Positions 58,280 to 64,000 of a stretch of DNA of 64,000 bases are shown here, piece by piece. A program made the translations under genes and the position numbers. The stretch is from Carpediemonas membranifera BICM (Eukaryota; Protista; Fornicata), in NCBI GenBank assembly GCA_019828565.1, contig JAHDYR010000002.1:310001-374000 (forward strand). Direction: 5' to 3'. Position 1 is the first letter of the stretch. Each line of letters opens with the position of its first letter. The notes beneath the pieces were generated by a model. It had not been told where the DNA came from, searched no databases, and saw only the letters and a list, made by a program, of their open reading frames with translations.

Positions 58280-61200
58280 TCATGACACGTAAATCTGAAC
58301 ATCCGGAGGGGCGGGTAAGTAGCCCATCAAAACACCACCATGGCTATCAACAAACTCCATCGTAATGCTTCTAACCGCCTGCAGAGCAGACCGACCGATG
58401 TCACCCAGGAAACCAACCTTCGTTAAACTGTACTGGAGCCGAGTCCCAGATTGGACCATCGGCAGGATAACATCGCCGTGGTTGCGTGGGTTGTCGTTCA
58501 CTGAAACACGCGCGGTTCTTGCTTGGGCGCCGTCAAACTTGGCATCAGTGGGTATGAAAGTAAACCCGTGGAGCCTGACTGGGCTGGGGAATGAGTACCG
58601 TACTTTGCGGCCCTCCGCGGCAGTCTCGACCGCAGAGGCTGGGAACCTGTGTGGTTTCATTGTAAACGCTGGTCCGTTGGAAACATTAAGAGACTTTCCC
58701 TCAAGAACCATCATATCATGGAACTGGTGGATCGCTCCAACATCAGCCGGCTGGGCTACACCGTAGACTTGGAGTCGACCTATACGGAGGCAGCAGTCGG
58801 CCGGGCAGTCCTCGGGAAGTTGGGCAACTACTGATAAAAGTTGGCCCCGGACCGGTTTCATGGGGAGTGAGAGGCGGGAGCCGGGGGTCGTGTCGGTGGG
58901 CAGGCTGAAGCGGCCGACTGGAGTGAGGTTGGAGACGTCAACGCCTGCGAATACAGAGAAAGAGGGGACGCATTGGGACTCGAACCCACGACCATCGACA
59001 ATAAGATGGATCCCGGTAATCGTAGCCATCGAGCAAAGGCAGATACAGAACTCGACAACCCTAAGCCCTGGCGGCGCATCCCAACCACATGAAACAGGCA
59101 CCTGATCCGGCGTACAAAGGACAACTTCAGGTGGGAACACAGCTTCAGCTCTGGTCGGCACAGCGTGTAGCAGGTCGGCTTCAGGGAATAGCGAGAGAAG
59201 GGTGAGGCCACGTGTCTTGCTAATGTCCGATGGAAGCATGGTGCGTACAGAGCAAAGGAGTGAGCGAATGGCACGAGCTGCTTTCATGGTCAGATCAGAG
59301 CTGTTGCTCTCAGCAGCCGAGAGCATTCTGATCTCGTCGATGAGGTGGCACTGCTCGTCAATCACCGGCTTGCACTGCAAACAGACATGGACCCTAGTCT
59401 CGAAAAGTCCACGCTCGGGTACTGGGACAGGAGATCTGCTCATGCAGCTGGAGCATACCGGTTGGTGGCATCTGGCACAGCAGGCGAGCTTGGCCTTATT
59501 CCCACAAAGGGCACAGATCTTGGTTGAGACTGCTGGCGGGGCTTCATGAGTGAGTGGGATCTTCTTATTGGGAGAAACAGTGGCTGGGTCGATATGAATC
59601 AATGCAAGGACAGTGTCTCTGTCCGTTGGAGTGATTCCTGCCCTGAGTCTCTCGTGTTCCAGCCTCAACGCCTCAGTCATGCTGAGTACCGACTCGGCGT
59701 CGTCCCAAATGGAGTCGGGGTCTGGATGGGTGGCAGTCACACCGGATCCAAGGAGGAGGGCTAGCTTCTCATTGACAGAGTCGGTCGAGTGGGTTGGGTC
59801 GAGTTCGAGGCAACGTCTAGGGTTGTAAAGGCGCTTAGTAAGCGTGTCGACGTATGCTTGCACAAGCTTGGGCGCTACTCGAGCTTTTTCTACTGGCGGT
59901 GAGTCTACCCTAGGTGCGGGAGGGGCTGGCCTCGCGGTTGACTCCAGAGGGTCTTCACACGGAGTGGCCTCGAGGAACGGGACGGTGTGGTCGAGTGTGG
60001 GACGTTGGCCAGGGTTGACTGTCTGCTGCTTCGACCGTCGGAGGAAGCTGAGTACATCGCGTGTGAGTGCTTGAGAATTTGCTCTGGATTCGGCGGTGAC
60101 CTTGGGAACAGACCCAAAGACGGTGATAGGGCCGAGCACCATGGTTGTAAATCCCGTAGAAGAGAGCGAGAGCCTGACCACACGTGTCAATACGTCGGAC
60201 CTGACCGGTGCCTCAGGGAAAATGAGGTCTGGTGAGGCTCGAGTCAGTGGGAACGTGAGGACAGTGCCTGGGGCGACAGAAGGGAGAAGCACGCCCTCAT
60301 GGGTGACCTTCATGCTATCAATAGTCGGCCCGAGACATATATCCATGACCGACGGCTGAGCGTCTGTCGGGCCGAGCACAGTGAGTGTCAGATGAGTTGG
60401 GACACATGGGGCAGAGAGGTAAGCGATGACCTCGACCACGTCATGGCCGTGGGAGACGACGAAGGGGGTGTCACCCATGCCTGAAGAGGGGTCGAGGAGG
60501 AAAGCGGTGCATACGGCGGCGTCTGCCTCGCCTCGGTGGGGTGGGATGGCTTTGAGGACGCAGCCTGGGGCTCTAGAGACTGTGATGAACTCCGTATCCC
60601 CCACGAGTGAGGGGAAGTGACGTAGGAGTCGGTTTCCCGTGAAACACTCAACACTAACCTGCCGCTCGCCGTCCTTGAGAATGTTCTGGTACTTTCTCTT
60701 GGCACTGATGAGGTATCTGTGCCTGGCAGCCCCGGCCTTGTCTGAATAACCCCGTATATCACTACTGTAAACAGCAGGAGAGTTTGTATAAATCTCACTG
60801 AAAGTGTCCCCGTTTTCGACGAAACCAGACGCCAGGGCGGACAGCAGAGCCTTGGGCAGACTCTTCTCGACCTGATCCAGGGTCGACCCGAGCATCGGCC
60901 AGCCGTTGGGGTGGGCCTGCGTGTTCGTGGGCGTCGTGTTGAGCGGCAGACCCAGCACGCGACACTGCTCGGCTAGAATCTGCATGCTGATGTAAAAAGT
61001 GCAGAGGTTGGTCCGATCGAGCGAGTCCTGGCAGTTGAAGCGTTGGACAGTGTTCTGTGTCGAGTCTGCGCGGACATCGAGGGTGGTACCGTCGGGCGCG
61101 TACATAAATGCGGGGGTGCGTGCGTCAGGTTTGTTAGACTTGAACGTGACGATGCCTGTGGTGACAGAATCACACAGGGCGCCGAACTTAGCCCAGAGCC

Positions 61201-62353
61201 CTTCCACTGCGACGTTCCGGTCCAAATCCTTGGTAATCTGGTGCCAATCAAAGAAGGCGAGGTTGACACTCAACCCACTCTGTTTCTGGACATGTTGCAG
61301 CGAGGCGGTGTATCCCTCGTTGAGCAGGGTTTCCATCTTGTCACTCTTACTTATATTGAGTTTGAGCAGGCTGAGACCGCTGAGAGTGACGTTGTGACCA
61401 TACTTTGTCAGGTAGTCGCCCCAATACTCGCACGTCCCAGCAAAGGGTTCGTCGGACCTGATCTTGATTCTGGGAACCTTGACGCCGTCTGTGACCTTGG
61501 GCGGTGGTTGGGTCCACCATAAAGGGACAGTGCCCCTGCGCCAAAAGTAGGAAGAGAACCTGACTGCACTGGCGCTAGAAGTCTTGGTAAGAAGGATGAG
61601 CTCGCATTCGATCTCGTTACCTGGGATGTGGCGGTCGTTGAGGCCTCGAGAGTGGAAACGGAGGCCGGGGTTGGAGCTGAATCGCTTGGACAGCATGAGG
61701 AGCGTGGCGTCTGCGTCGCCAATGGGTACGTCCTCAGTGTACACTAGACCTTGCATGAGAAGAACGGGCCATAGCCTCACCCCAGCCCGAGCGAAGGACT
61801 GGCACAGAAACTCGTTCCACACAAGATTATGGTCGTATTCCGATAAATCCCGGGAAGAAGGGAAGGGGTGGGTCAGGTCGGCCGTCTCGCAAAAGAAGTG
61901 GTGTCTGTTGAGGTCAAAGGCCTTGAGGTGCTCGATAGAGAGCATGTCTTGGTGGGACTTGCTCAGCGGAGAGGAAAGCTCGATCGTAAGCCACTGGACG
62001 TTGTTCACAGAGTAGATGGAGTGGCCGCCAGGGAGCATGGCGGCTGTGGAGACGTCGTCGGCGTAGCATAGGAGGCCTACGTCTGCGATGGGGAGGTAGC
62101 CGATGATTGCAGGGGTAACAATCTTGCGGATGATGCCCTTCTTGCCCTTCTTGTCCATGGCGTACTTCTCTCTGATGAAAGTAAGTGCCTCGTCCTCGTT
62201 ATTGAACGTATCAATGCCCCGCTTGCCAGAAAACAAGAGCTCGCCGGTTGACGGGTCAATCGAAAAGACCTGAGTATCACTGCGCCAGCATAGCGTACTG
62301 ATTATAAAATAGGACTTGTTGTATAGTTGAACGATGCAGTGGCGCGAACGCAT
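58280..62353 (-). CDS. SAC-domain phosphoinositide phosphatase (SAC9-like architecture, FYVE-like Cys finger)
   Basis: Catalytic RFNCQDSLDRTN (CX5RT), RFHSRG..GNEIECE and RRGTVPLWW. Confidence 0.9.
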   Translation of the reverse strand: MRSRHCIVQLYNKSYFIISTLCWRSDTQVFSIDPSTGELLFSGKRGIDTFNNEDEALTFIREKYAMDKKGKKGIIRKIVTPAIIGYLPIADVGLLCYADDVSTAAMLPGGHSIYSVNNVQWLTIELSSPLSKSHQDMLSIEHLKAFDLNRHHFFCETADLTHPFPSSRDLSEYDHNLVWNEFLCQSFARAGVRLWPVLLMQGLVYTEDVPIGDADATLLMLSKRFSSNPGLRFHSRGLNDRHIPGNEIECELILLTKTSSASAVRFSSYFWRRGTVPLWWTQPPPKVTDGVKVPRIKIRSDEPFAGTCEYWGDYLTKYGHNVTLSGLSLLKLNISKSDKMETLLNEGYTASLQHVQKQSGLSVNLAFFDWHQITKDLDRNVAVEGLWAKFGALCDSVTTGIVTFKSNKPDARTPAFMYAPDGTTLDVRADSTQNTVQRFNCQDSLDRTNLCTFYISMQILAEQCRVLGLPLNTTPTNTQAHPNGWPMLGSTLDQVEKSLPKALLSALASGFVENGDTFSEIYTNSPAVYSSDIRGYSDKAGAARHRYLISAKRKYQNILKDGERQVSVECFTGNRLLRHFPSLVGDTEFITVSRAPGCVLKAIPPHRGEADAAVCTAFLLDPSSGMGDTPFVVSHGHDVVEVIAYLSAPCVPTHLTLTVLGPTDAQPSVMDICLGPTIDSMKVTHEGVLLPSVAPGTVLTFPLTRASPDLIFPEAPVRSDVLTRVVRLSLSSTGFTTMVLGPITVFGSVPKVTAESRANSQALTRDVLSFLRRSKQQTVNPGQRPTLDHTVPFLEATPCEDPLESTARPAPPAPRVDSPPVEKARVAPKLVQAYVDTLTKRLYNPRRCLELDPTHSTDSVNEKLALLLGSGVTATHPDPDSIWDDAESVLSMTEALRLEHERLRAGITPTDRDTVLALIHIDPATVSPNKKIPLTHEAPPAVSTKICALCGNKAKLACCARCHQPVCSSCMSRSPVPVPERGLFETRVHVCLQCKPVIDEQCHLIDEIRMLSAAESNSSDLTMKAARAIRSLLCSVRTMLPSDISKTRGLTLLSLFPEADLLHAVPTRAEAVFPPEVVLCTPDQVPVSCGWDAPPGLRVVEFCICLCSMATITGIHLIVDGRGFESQCVPSFSVFAGVDVSNLTPVGRFSLPTDTTPGSRLSLPMKPVRGQLLSVVAQLPEDCPADCCLRIGRLQVYGVAQPADVGAIHQFHDMMVLEGKSLNVSNGPAFTMKPHRFPASAVETAAEGRKVRYSFPSPVRLHGFTFIPTDAKFDGAQARTARVSVNDNPRNHGDVILPMVQSGTRLQYSLTKVGFLGDIGRSALQAVRSITMEFVDSHGGVLMGYLPAPPDVQIYVS

Positions 62354-62510
62354 TCAGTTCTGCCACCCGTTCTTTCGTCGTAATCTTTTTTCCAAAACTT
62401 TCCAAGACTCTGAACGGGACGGTGCAAGCTAGCTGGGGCTTGCCCACTCGAATGGCGCTGCCCCACACATACCTGGGTTGGCCGTTGAACTCGTCAAAAA
62501 TCGGAGCAAG

Positions 62511-64000
62511 ATGACTGTCACGAGCTATGCGAGCTTGTTGGAGCACTTGCAGCAATGTGCTGATAACAACAACCTTATAGAAATACTAGAACGTCGATCT
62601 CAGACGGATTTACTCTCGTGGGCGCTCCAGCGGACGAGTAGTACTGAAGATGCCACGATGCTGCAAGTGAGCCTCTCTATCCAGCTCACAAAGAACATGA
62701 AGGCGTTCGAGTTCCTCTGTAGTACGTTATGCGAGTTTCTCCTCGCCGAACTCCGTCTTATGACCATCAACTTCATCAAAACCATCGACGATGAGAATGA
62801 AGAGACGATCGAGCTTCTAACTGAGTTTGCAGAGACACTTCCGACCGCTATGGTCCCACAAGACGGCATAGCAGCCCTCATTTCTCTCGGGATCCCCGCG
62901 CTCTGCAGTGAGGCCATCTCTATGGCGGCCACCACATCCTTCCACCACCTTGTCACGAAACCACCGGATTGCCCGTTCTATGACACCCTCAAGCGCCTCA
63001 TTAGCCAGGTAATCACCCCACTTCTCCAAAAATGGGGTGTTCAAGCAATATCAGTCGAGAAATCGTCGCGCGACGGCCTCGCAATCGCAAGAGCGGCAGG
63101 CATATTCGACTTGGCCAAAGAGTGGCCGGATAGCGCTCAAACCGTGGCTGACATCACAAAGGCCATGACCGACGGAATGCCAAGAGACGTCATCCTGAAT
63201 ACATTGTCGGAAGCTCTCGCTACTGCTGTCAATACACGCCTGCTGCTGCCATCGGTCACACCCTCGGTCATTATGACAATGCTGTCTTGTCTCCATGGCA
63301 CACTGACTGCGGTCGGGGCTGGATCTATTATTTCTACCGTATCTTCCCTAATCTCGTCATATATCTCCAGAGCGGATTTGAAATCTATAGATCTCATTCC
63401 TGCTGTTCTTGAGAACATAGACGAGCTTCGTGTGGACGGCGCTGAGGCTGCTGTCTTCGACCCTCAACCCATGTGCGTGGGTCATTCTAAGGAGCTTTCA
63501 CTCGCCTCCATTTTCGTCCAAATCTTTGGCGGAGAGACGAAATTTGTGAACGCGCTTCATGCTAAGATGTGTCTGGATCTTATCGGTCCCTCTGTGAAAG
63601 AAGTGGCGCTCGAATGGACTGGCACTGTGGAAAAGCTCAAGCGTGTGATCGCCGCGGACAAGCTCGTGCCCATGGATGTCGTGTTGCACGATATTGCTGA
63701 AACTAGGCGTACAATTGCTACTGCGAAGACTTCCATGGCCCCAGCAAGACTCCAAGCACTCCAAGCACAATCAGTCACAATCATTTCACACGAATATTGG
63801 GCTGAAGTGGAAGATCAAGACTATATGAGCTACGCAGCTTATCCCCGTAATATCGCTTGGGCGATCAAGGTAGTGGCCGACGAGTTCCACACCCTCAAGG
63901 CACCGAGGCACCTGGTACCCACTGATTACGGCATTGTGACACTCGCGATTGAAGGAAAGGACGTGACCTGCTCCCCACTCGAAGCTGTGGTCATATCTCA
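62511..64000 (+). CDS. APC2: Anaphase-promoting complex subunit 2-like cullin-homology protein, runs off the window
   Basis: Manual translation is open to the window end: TRLLLPSV, FDPQP, IFGGETKFV, DVVLHDIAETRR, IISHEYW, LKAPRHL and CSPLEAVVI match APC2/cullin motifs. Confidence 0.75.
   Translation, partial: MTVTSYASLLEHLQQCADNNNLIEILERRSQTDLLSWALQRTSSTEDATMLQVSLSIQLTKNMKAFEFLCSTLCEFLLAELRLMTINFIKTIDDENEETIELLTEFAETLPTAMVPQDGIAALISLGIPALCSEAISMAATTSFHHLVTKPPDCPFYDTLKRLISQVITPLLQKWGVQAISVEKSSRDGLAIARAAGIFDLAKEWPDSAQTVADITKAMTDGMPRDVILNTLSEALATAVNTRLLLPSVTPSVIMTMLSCLHGTLTAVGAGSIISTVSSLISSYISRADLKSIDLIPAVLENIDELRVDGAEAAVFDPQPMCVGHSKELSLASIFVQIFGGETKFVNALHAKMCLDLIGPSVKEVALEWTGTVEKLKRVIAADKLVPMDVVLHDIAETRRTIATAKTSMAPARLQALQAQSVTIISHEYWAEVEDQDYMSYAAYPRNIAWAIKVVADEFHTLKAPRHLVPTDYGIVTLAIEGKDVTCSPLEAVVIS

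Overview
This is gene-dense eukaryotic DNA. Tiny 32-37 nt GT...ACACAG introns and a divergent APC2 suggest a protist, possibly a free-living metamonad (inference). Bases 1 to ~54,660 are a nest of mobile elements; ~56,300-64,000 holds ordinary host genes (HerA/FtsK-like ATPase, SAC-family phosphoinositide phosphatase, APC2). The main result is a family of three large cut-and-paste DNA transposons. Element A runs from before the window to ~9807, element B spans 13120-24965 (11.8 kb), and element C spans 31826-53862 (22.0 kb). B and C have CATRCTG termini, 59-74 bp TIRs built on a GACTTNAAGTC palindrome, and 2-bp TSDs. Each element encodes a ~850-aa divergent Chapaev/Transib-like DDE transposase. 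Each also carries a variable cargo of chromatin and ubiquitin-type enzymes or readers: SET, GNAT, OTU, PHD, kinase, HEPN and a degenerate tyrosine-recombinase fold. The cargo shows active shuffling: swapped and orphan OTU catalytic domains, and a ~0.5 kb G-rich module at six gene junctions. Element C splits a Ty3/gypsy integrase exactly, and A and B sit in DNA adjoining a second gypsy element. Most frameshifts are +1 homopolymer insertions and are probably assembly errors.
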